Shown: positions 27,534 to 41,716 of the stretch, in pieces
Layout: every line of letters starts with the position of its first letter
Position numbering within the stretch: the first letter of the stretch is position 1
DNA from: Balanoglossus misakiensis
Lineage: Eukaryota > Animalia > Hemichordata
NCBI GenBank assembly: GCA_040954595.2
Contig: CM082594.2
Span: 10,916,276 to 10,980,275 of the forward strand
DNA length: 64,000 nt
Reading direction: 5' to 3'
The notes under the pieces: model-generated
What the model saw: the letters and a program-made list of their open reading frames with translations, nothing else
Databases searched by the model: none
What the model was told of the DNA's origin: nothing
Position numbers and translations under genes: made by a program

Positions 27534-28073
27534 GATTAAACATTACGTCATCCTGCTCGTCTTTTTCCGGAGATTTTTGTTTACTTTCGTTCGTTCAGCA
27601 AATAACTTGTATCTCCTGTATCCGTACAGTGCAGAAATACATTTTCAGAAGAAAAAAAATCGATGACCCCCCTTTTAATAAAAGACACTTAGAAAAGTGC
27701 ATCGTCAACAAAATATAAACTGGCAAGGTCTTTGATAAATCAAGAAACATTATACCCGTATTAAATCCATACTCTACTACATCCACGCAGAGTGTGGTTC
27801 TTGTTCGTGAAATGTACGCATATGCACTGTGGAACTTTCATAGTTTAATTGATGAGTCATGAAGTTCATTACACCAGAAAAAAATTAATTCATATTATTT
27901 TTGCAGTTAATGTAAATAATACTCGTAGGATACAGACCAAAAAAGTTCACAGAAAATAAATGCTTACTTCAAAACGACAATGTCTGGTTCATGGGATAAA
28001 TGCTGTTAAGTGATAAACTGTGGCATAAAATTGAGACGAAAGATTCATACAAAGAAAAGGACAGTTAATTTTT

Positions 28074-31000
28074 CATGGGTTATAGCTCAGGAAAATCGTG
28101 AAAAATCGACGATTTTTCGACTTTGCGAATTTTGAAAATTTGGTCATTTTTTGAAAAAACCATGGGTTATAGCTCAGGAAAATCGTGAAAAATCGACGAT
28201 TTTTCGACTTTGCGAATTTTGAAAATTTGGTCATTTTTTGAAAAAACCATGGGTTATAGCTCAGGAAAATCGTGAAAAATCGACGATTTTTCGACTTTGC
28301 GAATTTTGAAAATTTGGTCATTTTTTGAAAAAACCATGGGTTATAGCTCAGGAAAATCGTGAAAAATCGACGATTTTTCGACTTTGCGAATTTTGAAAAT
28401 TTGGTCATTTTTTGAAAAAACCATGGGTTATAGCTCAGGAAAATCGTGAAAAATCGACGATTTTTCGACTTTGCGAATTTTGAAAATTTGGTCATTTTTT
28501 GAAAAAACCATGGGTTATAGCTCAGGAAAATCGTGAAAAATCGACGATTTTTCGACTTTGCGAATTTTGAAAATTTGGTCATTTTTTGAAAAAACCATGG
28601 GTTATAGCTCAGGAAAATCGTGAAAAATCGACGATTTTTCGACTTTGCGAATTTTGAAAATTAGGTCATTTTTTGAAAAAACCATGGGTTATAGCTCAGG
28701 AAAATCGTGAAAAATCGACGATTTTTCGACTTTGCGAATTTTGAAAATTTGGTCATTTTTTGAAAAAACCATGGGTTATAGCTCAGGAAAATCGTGAAAA
28801 ATCGACGATTTTTCGACTTTGCGAATTTTGAAAATTTGGTCATTTTTTGAAAAAACCATGGGTTATAGCTCAGGAAAATCGTGAAAAATCGACGATTTTT
28901 CGACTTTGCGAATTTTGAAAATTTGGTCATTTTTTGAAAAAACCATGGGTTATAGCTCAGGAAAATCGTGAAAAATCGACGATTTTTCGACTTTGCGAAT
29001 TTTGAAAATTTGGTCATTTTTTGAAAAAACCATGGGTTATAGCTCAGGAAAATCGTGAAAAATCGACGATTTTTCGACTTTGCGAATTTTGAAAATTTGG
29101 TCATTTTTTGAAAAAACCATGGGTTATAGCTCAGGAAAATCGTGAAAAATCGACGATTTTTCGACTTTGCGAATTTTGAAAATTTGGTCATTTTTTGAAA
29201 AAACCATGGGTTATAGCTCAGGAAAATCGTGAAAAATCGACGATTTTTCGACTTTGCGAATTTTGAAAATTTGGTCATTTTTTGAAAAAACCATGGGTTA
29301 TAGCTCAGGAAAATCGTGAAAAATCGACGATTTTTCGACTTTGCGAATTTTGAAAATTTGGTCATTTTTTGAAAAAACCATGGGTTATAGCTCAGGAAAA
29401 TCGTGAAAAATCGACGATTTTTCGACTTTGCGAATTTTGAAAATTTGGTCATTTTTTGAAAAAACCATGGGTTATAGCTCAGGAAAATCGTGAAAAATCG
29501 ACGATTTTTCGACTTTGCGAATTTTGAAAATTAGGTCATTTTTTGAAAAAACCATGGGTTATAGCTCAGGAAAATCGTGAAAAATCGACGATTTTTCGAC
29601 TTTGCGAATTTTGAAAATTTGGTCATTTTTTGAAAAAACCATGGGTTATAGCTCAGGAAAATCGTGAAAAATCGACGATTTTTCGACTTTGCGAATTTTG
29701 AAAATTTGGTCATTTTTTGAAAAAACCATGGGTTATAGCTCAGGAAAATCGTGAAAAATCGACGATTTTTCGACTTTGCGAATTTTGAAAATTTGGTCAT
29801 TTTTTGAAAAAACCATGGGTTATAGCTCAGGAAAATCGTGAAAAATCGACGATTTTTCGACTTTGCGAATTTTGAAAATTTGGTCATTTTTTGAAAAAAC
29901 CATGGGTTATAGCTCAGGAAAATCGTGAAAAATCGACGATTTTTCGACTTTGCGAATTTTGAAAATTTGGTCATTTTTTGAAAAAACCATGGGTTATAGC
30001 TCAGGAAAATCGTGAAAAATCGACGATTTTTCGACTTTGCGAATTTTGAAAATTTGGTCATTTTTTGAAAAAACCATGGGTTATAGCTCAGGAAAATCGT
30101 GAAAAATCGACGATTTTTCGACTTTGCGAATTTTGAAAATTTGGTCATTTTTTGAAAAAACCATGGGTTATAGCTCAGGAAAATCGTGAAAAATCGACGA
30201 TTTTTCGACTTTGCGAATTTTGAAAATTTGGTCATTTTTTGAAAAAACCATGGGTTATAGCTCAGGAAAATCGTGAAAAATCGACGATTTTTCGACTTTG
30301 CGAATTTTGAAAATTTGGTCATTTTTTGAAAAAACCATGGGTTATAGCTCAGGAAAATCGTGAAAAATCGACGATTTTTCGACTTTGCGAATTTTGAAAA
30401 TTTGGTCATTTTTTGAAAAAACCATGGGTTATAGCTCAGGAAAATCGTGAAAAATCGACGATTTTTCGACTTTGCGAATTTTGAAAATTTGGTCATTTTT
30501 TGAAAAAACCATGGGTTATAGCTCAGGAAAATCGTGAAAAATCGACGATTTTTCGACTTTGCGAATTTTGAAAATTTGGTCATTTTTTGAAAAAACCATG
30601 GGTTATAGCTCAGGAAAATCGTGAAAAATCGACGATTTTTCGACTTTGCGAATTTTGAAAATTTGGTCATTTTTTGAAAAAACCATGGGTTATAGCTCAG
30701 GAAAATCGTGAAAAATCGACGATTTTTCGACTTTGCGAATTTTGAAAATTTGGTCATTTTTTGAAAAAACCATGGGTTATAGCTCAGGAAAATCGTGAAA
30801 AATCGACGATTTTTCGACTTTGCGAATTTTGAAAATTTGGTCATTTTTTGAAAAAACCATGGGTTATAGCTCAGGAAAATCGTGAAAAATCGACGATTTT
30901 TCGACTTTGCGAATTTTGAAAATTTGGTCATTTTTTGAAAAAACCATGGGTTATAGCTCAGGAAAATCGTGAAAAATCGACGATTTTTCGACTTTGCGAA

Positions 31001-33866
31001 TTTTGAAAATTTGGTCATTTTTTGAAAAAACCATGGGTTATAGCTCAGGAAAATCGTGAAAAATCGACGATTTTTCGACTTTGCGAATTTTGAAAATTTG
31101 GTCATTTTTTGAAAAAACCATGGGTTATAGCTCAGGAAAATCGTGAAAAATCGACGATTTTTCGACTTTGCGAATTTTGAAAATTTGGTCATTTTTTGAA
31201 AAAACCATGGGTTATAGCTCAGGAAAATCGTGAAAAATCGACGATTTTTCGACTTTGCGAATTTTGAAAATTTGGTCATTTTTTGAAAAAACCATGGGTT
31301 ATAGCTCAGGAAAATCGTGAAAAATCGACGATTTTTCGACTTTGCGAATTTTGAAAATTTGGTCATTTTTTGAAAAAACCATGGGTTATAGCTCAGGAAA
31401 ATCGTGAAAAATCGACGATTTTTCGACTTTGCGAATTTTGAAAATTTGGTCATTTTTTGAAAAAACCATGGGTTATAGCTCAGGAAAATCGTGAAAAATC
31501 GACGATTTTTCGACTTTGCGAATTTTGAAAATTTGGTCATTTTTTGAAAAAACCATGGGTTATAGCTCAGGAAAATCGTGAAAAATCGACGATTTTTCGA
31601 CTTTGCGAATTTTGAAAATTTGGTCATTTTTTGAAAAAACCATGGGTTATAGCTCAGGAAAATCGTGAAAAATCGACGATTTTTCGACTTTGCGAATTTT
31701 GAAAATTTGGTCATTTTTTGAAAAAACCATGGGTTATAGCTCAGGAAAATCGTGAAAAATCGACGATTTTTCGACTTTGCGAATTTTGAAAATTTGGTCA
31801 TTTTTTGAAAAAACCATGGGTTATAGCTCAGGAAAATCGTGAAAAATCGACGATTTTTCGACTTTGCGAATTTTGAAAATTTGGTCATTTTTTGAAAAAA
31901 CCATGGGTTATAGCTCAGGAAAATCGTGAAAAATCGACGATTTTTCGACTTTGCGAATTTTGAAAATTTGGTCATTTTTTGAAAAAACCATGGGTTATAG
32001 CTCAGGAAAATCGTGAAAAATCGACGATTTTTCGACTTTGCGAATTTTGAAAATTTGGTCATTTTTTGAAAAAACCATGGGTTATAGCTCAGGAAAATCG
32101 TGAAAAATCGACGATTTTCTGACTTTGCGAATTTTGAAAATTTGGTCATTTTTTGAAAAACCATGGGTTATAGCTCAGGAAAATCGTGAAAAATCGACGA
32201 TTTTTCGACTTTGCGAATTTTGAAAATTTGGTCATTTTTTGAAAAAACCATGGGTTATAGCTCAGGAAAATCGTGAAAATCGACGATTTTTCGACTTTGC
32301 GAATTTTGAAAATTTGGTCATTTTTTGAAAAAACCATGGGTTATAGCTCAGGAAAATCGTGAAAAATCGACGATTTTTCGACTTTGCGAATTTTGAAAAT
32401 TTGGTCATTTTTTGAAAAAACCATGGGTTATAGCTCAGGAAAATCGTGAAAAATCGACGATTTTTCGACTTTGCGAATTTTGAAAATTTGGTCATTTTTT
32501 GAAAAAACCATGGGTTATAGCTCAGGAAAATCGTGAAAAATCGACGATTTTTCGACTTTGCGAATTTTTGAAAATTTGGTCATTTTTTGAAAAAACCATG
32601 GGTTATAGCTCAGGAAAATCGTGAAAAATCGACGATTTTTCGACTTTGCGAATTTTGAAAATTTGGTCATTTTTTGAAAAAACCATGGGTTATAGCTCAG
32701 GAAAATCGTGAAAAATCGACGATTTTTCGACTTTGCGAATTTTGAAAATTTGGTCATTTTTGAAAAAACCATGGGTTATAGCTCAGGAAAATCGTGAAAA
32801 ATCGACGATTTTTCGACTTTGCGAATTTTGAAAATTTGGTCATTTTTTGAAAAAACCATGGGTTATAGCTCAGGAAAATCGTGAAAATCGACGATTTTTC
32901 GACTTTGCGAATTTTGAAAATTTGGTCATTTTTTTGAAAAACCATGGGTTATAGCTCAGGAAAATCGTGAAAAATCGACGATTTTTCGACTTTGCGAATT
33001 TTGAAAATTTGGTCATTTTTTGAAAAAACCATGGGTTATAGCTCAGGAAAATCGTGAAAAATCGACGATTTTTCGACTTTGCGAATTTTGAAAATTTGGT
33101 CATTTTTTGAAAAAACATGGGTTATAGCTCAGGAAAATCGTGAAAAATCGACGATTTTTCGACTTTGCGAATTTTGAAAATTTGGTCATTTTTTGAAAAA
33201 CCATGGGTTATAGCTCAGGAAAATCGTGAAAAATCGACGATTTTTCGACTTTGCGAATTTTGAAAATTTGGTCATTTTTTGAAAAAACCATGGGTTATAG
33301 CTCAGGAAAATCGTGAAAAATCGACGATTTTTCGACTTTGCGAATTTTGAAAATTTGGTCATTTTTGAAAAAACCATGGGTTATAGCTCAGGAAAATCGT
33401 GAAAAATCGACGATTTTCGACTTTGCGAATTTTGAAAATTTGGTCATTTTTTGAAAAAACCATGGGTTATAGCTCAGGAAAATCGTGAAAAATCGACGAT
33501 TTTCGACTTTGCGAATTTGAAAATTTGGTCATTTTTGAAAAAACCATGGGTTATAGCTCAGGAAAATCGTGAAAAATCGACGATTTTTCGACTTTGCGAA
33601 TTTTTGAAAATTAGGTCATTTTTTGAAAAAACCATGGGTTATAGCTCAGGAAAATCGTGAAAAATCGACGATTTTTCGACTTTGCGAATTTTGAAAATTA
33701 GGTCATTTTTTGAAAAAACCATGGGTTATAGCTCAGGAAAATCGTGAAAAATCGACGATTTTTCGACTTTGCGAATTTTGAAAATTTGGTCATTTTTGAA
33801 AAAACCATGGGTTATAGCTCAGGAAAATCGTGAAAAATCGACGATTTTTCGACTTTGCGAATTTTG
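28074..33866. repeat. 87-bp satellite tandem array, about 66-67 near-identical copies, plus one degenerate copy at about 33886-33955
   Basis: Unit ccatgggttatagctcaggaaaatcgtgaaaaatcgacgatttttcgactttgcgaattttgaaaatttggtcattttttgaaaaaa. No spacers between units. Confidence 0.98.
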
Positions 33867-35919
33867 TCATTTTTGGACATTTTTCATGGCTTATAGTTCA
33901 TGAAAACTGTCAAAATTGACACTTTGCGAACTTTGGTGATTTTGTCATTTTTCATTATGAAGCACTACACGTGAACTCCTTAAATTTAGAAACAAGAACT
34001 TTATTCAAGATAATATGCTATCATCAGGAGAATTACACCCAGAAAACCAAGTCAAATAGTCAGATTGAGTGAAATGTGAAATGATGCTAAGGTGTCATAA
34101 AGTGCTTATAAATCTGGAATAAATATATTATTGAAAAGGTCTCATTTCATCTCATTTGTCACAACACTTTTTAAAATCAAAACTTGAAAAGGAAAAAAAT
34201 GGTATTTTATAATGAACTTCAACCCGTTTACAATCTAAATTTGATGAATAATTACGACTGGCAGTGTGTTCAGTAAAGTGAGACAAATTGTTATTGGAAT
34301 ATCTTCTATGCTTCTAATCGTCAGACTAAAAGTGCAGACCTTTACCATTTAAACAACACACACAGATCTTATTGTTCAGACAGATAGATGCAATCTGAAG
34401 TAATAGTGTCAGCAAAATATCATCACAAAGCACGAATAAATTCAGGTGGCGACCACTTAATCATATCAGAAAAGACTGCAAAACAACTACATAAAAATGT
34501 TGACATGCTTAGTAAACAAACTTAAAATGAAAGTGAATAACAATTGTGCGATAAAAAATTAAGCAAAACATCACACATGTGTCAGCTCTGAAGTACCTTC
34601 GGAAAAAATGGCACAAGACGACGTGAAACGATAAAAATGCAATTACAGTTAAGTAACGTACAAGCAACATACGATTATTCGAAGGGAACTCAATGCAGAC
34701 CCTATGACCTTGTTTGACCGCTGATGGGGTTGTCATGACAACCACCCACAGTCTGATAAAAGGGTGAAATTGGATCAGGGACGTACATACTTCTATCAGA
34801 CAGTTGTTTGGTTATTGTCATGGCACGGTTTCAAGGTGCGCCCGGGTATAACAACAGGGCAGAAAAACACTCATTTAAAAATAAATCGCATTTGAATCTT
34901 TGAGACTCAACAACCAATGACAGCTTCATTGAATGTCTAGGTCAGTGACCCACGACAGCTCCTATTCAACTTCAGTGTCGCACTAGTGGGACTAATTAAT
35001 TCACAGGAAGGTCTGGGAAAACATTTCAGTTGCCCCTATGCTGTGTACTAATCAACTCCTTCAAGGGCAAGGTCATATTTACACTGTCTGAGTTTAATAT
35101 TTTTTCTAATGTGGGATAACTGCAAATAGGGGGGGGGGAACACTAAACTGTTGTTTGGCTAAGCAGAGGTATACTCTCAATGTGTGTAAACCGTAAATTT
35201 ATTACGTTTAGAATTTGCATGTTAATATCGGATGTGGTATGTGCGATATGCTCAGCTCCGCTGGGCAACTATATATTCTCATATTTCAACACGACGGCAT
35301 TTTTTAACATGAAACGAAAACAATCCAGGTATAATTTCCTAAAGGTGGCTCCTTCGCACACCTAATCAATCACCGTTGAAATTTAATCTAACTACTGCAT
35401 AACAGGATGTGGTGCATGACTTCACTGGTTACCGTGACAACAGACAAATCACTGCATGCAGTGAACAGAAATGAGTCTTCACCTGACAAACACATTATGC
35501 GCAGAAAATCTGAGCGTGTAATACAGGATCTGACAAATTTCACCATTTTCCAGGCAGTCTGTGCAGTATCAATTTTTTTGTACAGAAAATTGTTTGATGA
35601 AGAGTTGGATGGGAATTTGCAACAAAAACCTATGAAACAGAAATACCAACATGCAACAAAAAATTACTGTTAAGCTAAAAATCCATTTTCGTTTGATTGG
35701 TCAGTTGTGCTAATCAACAATTTTTTTTCTTTCAAAATGTAAATATCTAAAAATACTGTGAATATCTGTATAAATATGAAGCAGAATACAGTTTCAAGGC
35801 AGAAAAATAACCAAAAACAAAAATACTAGGATATGTAATTCCTATGTGGTCCAAGACACTGTGATTCAGTGGCAGCCATTCCAATCAGCCTTCTTCTGTG
35901 TGATAAACCATGTGGATGT

Positions 35920-38900
35920 TTAACTATCTGCTGTGATGCACTGAAAAGTGAAAAAAAAGAAAGATATATAACTATGTTCATGTAGAAATGCAATTTGACA
36001 AATACTGTATGATTAACAGGCCACAATAAAGAAAGCTGCTATCCCCTTTGTTCATCAAAAGGTAGACTGACCTAAATCTTGCACAATAAAAAGATGATTT
36101 AGGATAATATTCATGTCATATCTCTTAAAAGGTAAAAGGTACCTGGATATTAGTATTATATCTGTAAATGACATCAGCAACATGTAATGACAAGATTCAA
36201 GAAGGACTATATTGCAACACGTTCAGCTAATATGTGGGGTAACTATACACCTACAGAAGATTAATAAAAAAACACCAGATTTGTGGACAATACAGATAGA
36301 GAAAAATTGAAATGTGGGGAAATTTAGGACCACAGGTTGACTTGAAATCTACTACAGTGAGTTTACCGGCTTTTCAGGGGCGTTGATTGGCATCAAATTG
36401 GTAATTTCCAAGTGGTCTATTACACTCGGTGTATTTCACGTCAACCTAATCATCGGTATACGTTGGTCTTCCTTAGCATTATCAAGCAAAACAATAATAT
36501 CTCCCTTGGGATACAACTACACATCAACAGGAAATGGCCACAATGTCAAACTGCCATAACTAGTTATCAGTCTGCGTCATTTCAACAAACAGAAAAGAAA
36601 TATTCACAGGCTGAGAATCTGAACTTTTCAAGAAGGATTTATCACCACTGTTTTGATCAATGGATGACATGTTGTTGACACGACCTTCACTGTAACGTAG
36701 CGACCGCTTTCTTTCCTGGTATTAGATGTGCTTATTCTTCTGTACTTGGTCCACTTTTCGATGTCAGTGTTGTAAAGCAATTAATATGTTTGCTGCTGTG
36801 TACACAAGCAATCTCTAGTACCATGGCCTAGCAATGCTCCTGCTGGCATTTATAGATTTTTCATGACTCAGAGTTCGACCGAAAAAAAATCATTTTGTTT
36901 CACAGTCAAATTGCAGAAAGTATTAAGCTAGATTATATTCAATCAATGTTCATACTTACAGCACAGGCCTTATGAGACACCAGAACACTTTAATTAGCAA
37001 GTATTTGTTTTTACGTGTGAATAAATTTCACAAGGTGACTATAAGGCTTAAATATGCGCACCACAGAAGATCGGAAAAACACAAAGTACCACATCAGTAA
37101 ACAAGGTCAGAATAGAGCAGAAAGGACAAAGATCATTAACAGAGAGGCTATAAAATTCTCTGCTTTAGAATTCACTACTGTCTGCTTTTGTCTAAAATAT
37201 TTCACTAGTCTGTTCATAAAGACAGCCGTCTATTGTAACCTGGTCAGTCTAACAAACTAGGTGCATGTGTGTATGTGACAATCGAGCTTGTGATTAGGTT
37301 GTTCAAACATGCACAGTCTCCCCCCCCCCCCATATATGACATGAATTCACTTACCAGGTAAATCCACACGAAGATCCACAGGGGAAAGAAAATGGTAATG
37401 ACACAGTGCAGACAATGATTGACGCCCCCTCTCCTGTGGGGAATAAATTGACAACAGGATAATCATGCAGTGAAATGAACAGATACCAAGGTTTCTACCA
37501 AATTGTTGATAATTCTAACTTTGTAAGTAAGCTAAGGTTCTGGTTATATTGGTTATTAAGTGGTAAATTTTTACTTTTGTTTGAGACAAATTTATATGGC
37601 AGTCTGTTGATATCGTTACGGTAACTTCACAGCAATAATGTAATCATGCAAACTCACCGTTGAGTGATGATTGTAGTCTGTTGTGGCGCGGCAGCTGTTG
37701 CCACGACGACTGTGTTACTGGTCTGCATCTGGGCCGGTGGTGCGTAGCCTGCCGGTTGTGGCTGGGCGTAACCCTGGGGTGGTGGGTATCCCTGCTGTGG
37801 GGGAGGGTATCCCTGCTGTGGGGGAGGGTACCCTCCTTGCTGTGGGGGAGGGTAACCCCCTTGTGGAGGTGGGTAACCCCCTTGTGGAGGTGGGTATCCA
37901 CCAGGTTGAGGAGCGTACCCTCCCTGTTGGGGTGGAGGGGCTTGCTGGCTCTGAAAGATAATATCAGTATACTTTCATTAGGCATGAGATTGTCTCTATA
38001 CATTTAGAATTTATCTCTGCAACTATCAGAGTCTGTCAGATTATATTTCTGTTGTATACTATATATAATTCAGCGTGACATTTTCTGGTTATAAATCTTA
38101 TAATCAGCAGCTTTCTACAAGCAAAAGAACATATCATATTCTCTTCAAAATCAAATAAATAAAACAGACAAACGAGGTTCTTCTAAACCAACAAAATCCA
38201 ACTGGAAAATGCTGAATCCGACAAACATTACAATTTACGAGAATTTGAAAGCCAAAATGGCTGCTAAAATTCTGCGTACACTCAAATGGAAATTGAAAAC
38301 TGAATTGGAACAGAAGGTAAATGGAGTTTTCACAGTATTTGCCAACAATGTTTGCAAAGTTGATTGTGTTTGTCAAGGTGCTTACTGATGAATGGGCATT
38401 AATTTTTACACATGGTAACATAAATATCACATATACATAAACACAGCAACCAAAATAATGCAGAAGGATTGTACCTTTAAGATTATTGTTACAGGAAATT
38501 TTTTTTTATATATTAATATTCACCTGCACATCAGATAGCACAAAGTGGTGCACCTGCAGCCCGCTTAAAACAAAAATTCACATTTTTCCAGGTATTACAA
38601 TCGATTTTCTGTAAGCACCAGCTTCTGGAGATATTGAAATCAAGAGAGGCTACAATGGCTTGTGATAAAGTCCTTGCCATCTCCATGGCAACTGTCAGAC
38701 TGTAAATGTCTGAGATGAAAAACCGCAGTAGAACAGATGGCAATATTTCTCTGAGCTATATTACATTGATAAAAGATTCCTGTCATGTTTCACTGGACAG
38801 TTTTGGTAAAAACCATGTGGGCGTTGTCTCTACTGGGATTTCCTTTGCTGAATATTTGATTTTTGTCTCTGGCTGAGGACAATTACATTAATTTGTCTCC

Positions 38901-40437
38901 CTTGTTTTGAATGCCCTGCGGTTTTTGTCCCACAATGCCTTGCAAAATGTGGGTGGGTCAAAGGTCAAACAGAACTGAAATGGATCCTCCAGTGAAAATG
39001 TAAGGTGTGGTCAACAGGTGGTAATTTTTTGAGATACCACTTATTTAGCATGAAACTGACTGCAAAACATTGTGACAATTTTCTGATCAGTGAAGCGATA
39101 AACTTCCATAAGAACATTGAAGCAATTAAGAAATTGTTGCCCTTGACATGCAAATGAAATTTTAATACACTCATCATAAAACACAAGTCATTATCAATGA
39201 CACAGTCCCCACTTGATCAATGGCTAAGAAACACTATATAGCTAGGAAACAGCTAAGACTGTCTGTACAGTGACAAGTGGTCTGGAAGCCTTATGTGCAA
39301 GTGACATGTAGTACATAAGCGTACATTGCACTCGTAGTGAGTTTCAATGAACTCAGTAGAACGAGGTACAAGAAATAGCTCTGTCACAACACATTAGTCC
39401 CCAGTGGATTTCTTCCGTGGGACTAATAAATTGTCCAACAATAATTAGATCTAGATGCCAGGTACTCATGCGCACATACATTATACATTTCCTGCTTCAA
39501 TTTCTTGCTCACGTCTGGTCCAAGCAATCATTATACGTAATGCCTGAGTGTGCTTGATTCAGTTATAAGCTCCAGGGGCTAAATAAATTATGACATGTCA
39601 TCCAACAGTGTGAAAATAGGAGTACTGGGCTCAATGTATAAATAATCCTTCATTGGATAGTCATCTGATTAATACTACATGTATAAGCAACCTTTATGGT
39701 GTGTATAATATTCTGTTGTACAAGCTTAAAATTGCATCTTAAAATCTAAGATATACATTAGTAATTAGATAAATTTGTGAACATGGCAATTTACAGTGTG
39801 AACAGATGCTGGGGTCAGTTGATAACAGACCAAGACATTTTTTTCAGGACATGTGATTATTTTTTTTATGCAGAATTTTCCTTCTCAGAAGGAAATGGCG
39901 AACAATCCAACCAGGAAGTCGATTTCCTGCTGGTCACTTTCTCTTTCAAAATTATATTTCGTGGAATCTGACCTTTGACCTGAACGGTCATTTGTGAGGT
40001 TACATGACAAACAGAAATAAGTGTGTTCTGGCTGCAAGACTAGTTTTGGTTCTGTATTTTTGTGTGTGTTTGTTACAAGATAAATCTCTATGTGCCTTTT
40101 CAAAAGGTTTTCATCCGTATCAATGGGTTTCATAACTCTAATAATGATCAGCAATTTTGATTCCTCTTTTTTCATGATGATATCAATGTATCTTTGAAAA
40201 GCGGCAAGAATCACAAATACAAACGAATCATACCTCTGTACATCAACCTGCAAATTTACATGTACATGACGAGTGACCCTGGCAATTCTGAAGGTCAGAC
40301 ATAAACACTGGATATATACATTCTGATGATGGAAGACATCTGACCTACATGTGACTATACAGACACCCAGTAAGAGTTACAAACATGTCTACTGTACATA
40401 CCGGAGTGTATGGTGGTGGTACTTTCTCAGCATCCAT
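35920..40437 (-). CDS. Proline-rich PPxY protein with GYPPPQ repeats and C-terminal NHxLHC hydrophobic segment, paralog B
   Basis: Exons 40437-40402 (MDAEKVPPPYTP), 37950-37658 (GGYPPPQ repeats..QQTTIITQR), about 37434-37355 (RGGVNHCLHCVITIFFPLWIFVWIYL), 35940-35920 (CITADS*). Non-coding first-exon donor at about 42235. Confidence 0.85.
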
Positions 40438-41716
40438 GGTGGTGTCGGCTCACTGCACTCTTGTGAATTCTGATTGATGTAGCTGTCTTGCCGGGAGGAT
40501 CGGCAGTTTTTCTTCTTGCTGTAAACATTCAACAGATAACAGTTAATGAGACAATGACTTCACTGGTTTTTTTTGGATAGTATACAGGTGTATGTTTGCT
40601 GTTTGTCTGAAGTTGTAATCACAGTGTGATCATTGTCTGAGAGAAACATTGTACTTATCTACCAGCCCATGAAATTAACCTGTATGGAAATGTCAAATTC
40701 CTTTTATTTTCAATATCTGGGCTTCTTTTCCTTTGGTTTCCGAGAAAAAATGACAAAACATTTGCCCAGGGTCACAAACAAAATTATCTCTTTCACTTTT
40801 GTAGACCACAAAAGAGGTAATATTTAAAACACGTTTGCAATTTGTACACTGAGGGACTGAAATGGAACATACCATGTATTCTTGACATTATATAAAAAAG
40901 GTCAAAAAGACTGCCCAGTTATGAAAACAAATACTAGATGCCAATTCCTGTAACCTGACTTGTACATTCACAGTGCAAATAATGACTGCCTGAGCTCTCA
41001 CACCTTTACCAAATATAACATTATCAATTTATCACTGGCTTTGGTCCAGACAGTTTTGATATATGGATATATGACTGCCATAATTTATTAAATGCAGACA
41101 TCATTTTGTGAACATACTATGGTTGTGCCCACCTCCAAAACAAACACCACAGAATAAATACAGCCATAAATAACTCTGGGCAGCTGTTGAAGTTGGCCAA
41201 AATTTAATGAATGCATGGCTGAAATGATAGTTATTGACCATACCATACACACATCACATCGATTGACAATACTGCAACATGCATGGTAAGGGACAGACCA
41301 TACGCCATTGATGGGGGGGGGGGATTATTTATGGGGGGAAATTGTCTTTGTAAATCTTTCATGCCAGTCTTGCTGCAAAATAAACCAGGAATAATTGAAT
41401 GCCAATCCCATTTTGCAAAAATTACTTTATAAATACCATACACCCTAAAATGTTGCTTCAAAATTTTGACGCCCCCCCCCCCGCCAGATTGATGTGTTAA
41501 CCCTTACAGTTACACTGATGAAGAGAGCCAAGAGCTAGCCCTGGATCCAGGCTCTATTTTTAAACAGTGCGAGTTGTTTTTTCACAATCAGACGAGTGTA
41601 TTAACAACTCGCCCATCGTTCCTACAGGACACATGTGTTCGCAGCGTTTCTAAAGGGCGGGCTGGTCGAGACCGAACGTCTTCAAGTTCAATGGTACAAG
41701 ATCAAAGGCACTGTCT

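Noticed and set aside
28073-33660. Long ORFs (up to 877 aa) of repeated MTKFSKFAKSKNRRFFTIFLSYNPWFFQK
   Set aside because: Artefact of an 87-bp (29-codon) satellite lacking a stop in one frame. There is no synonymous variation, no splice or promoter context, and indels break the frame.
28074-33866. CRISPR-like array
   Set aside because: Units are contiguous with no unique spacers, there are no cas genes, and the context is eukaryotic.
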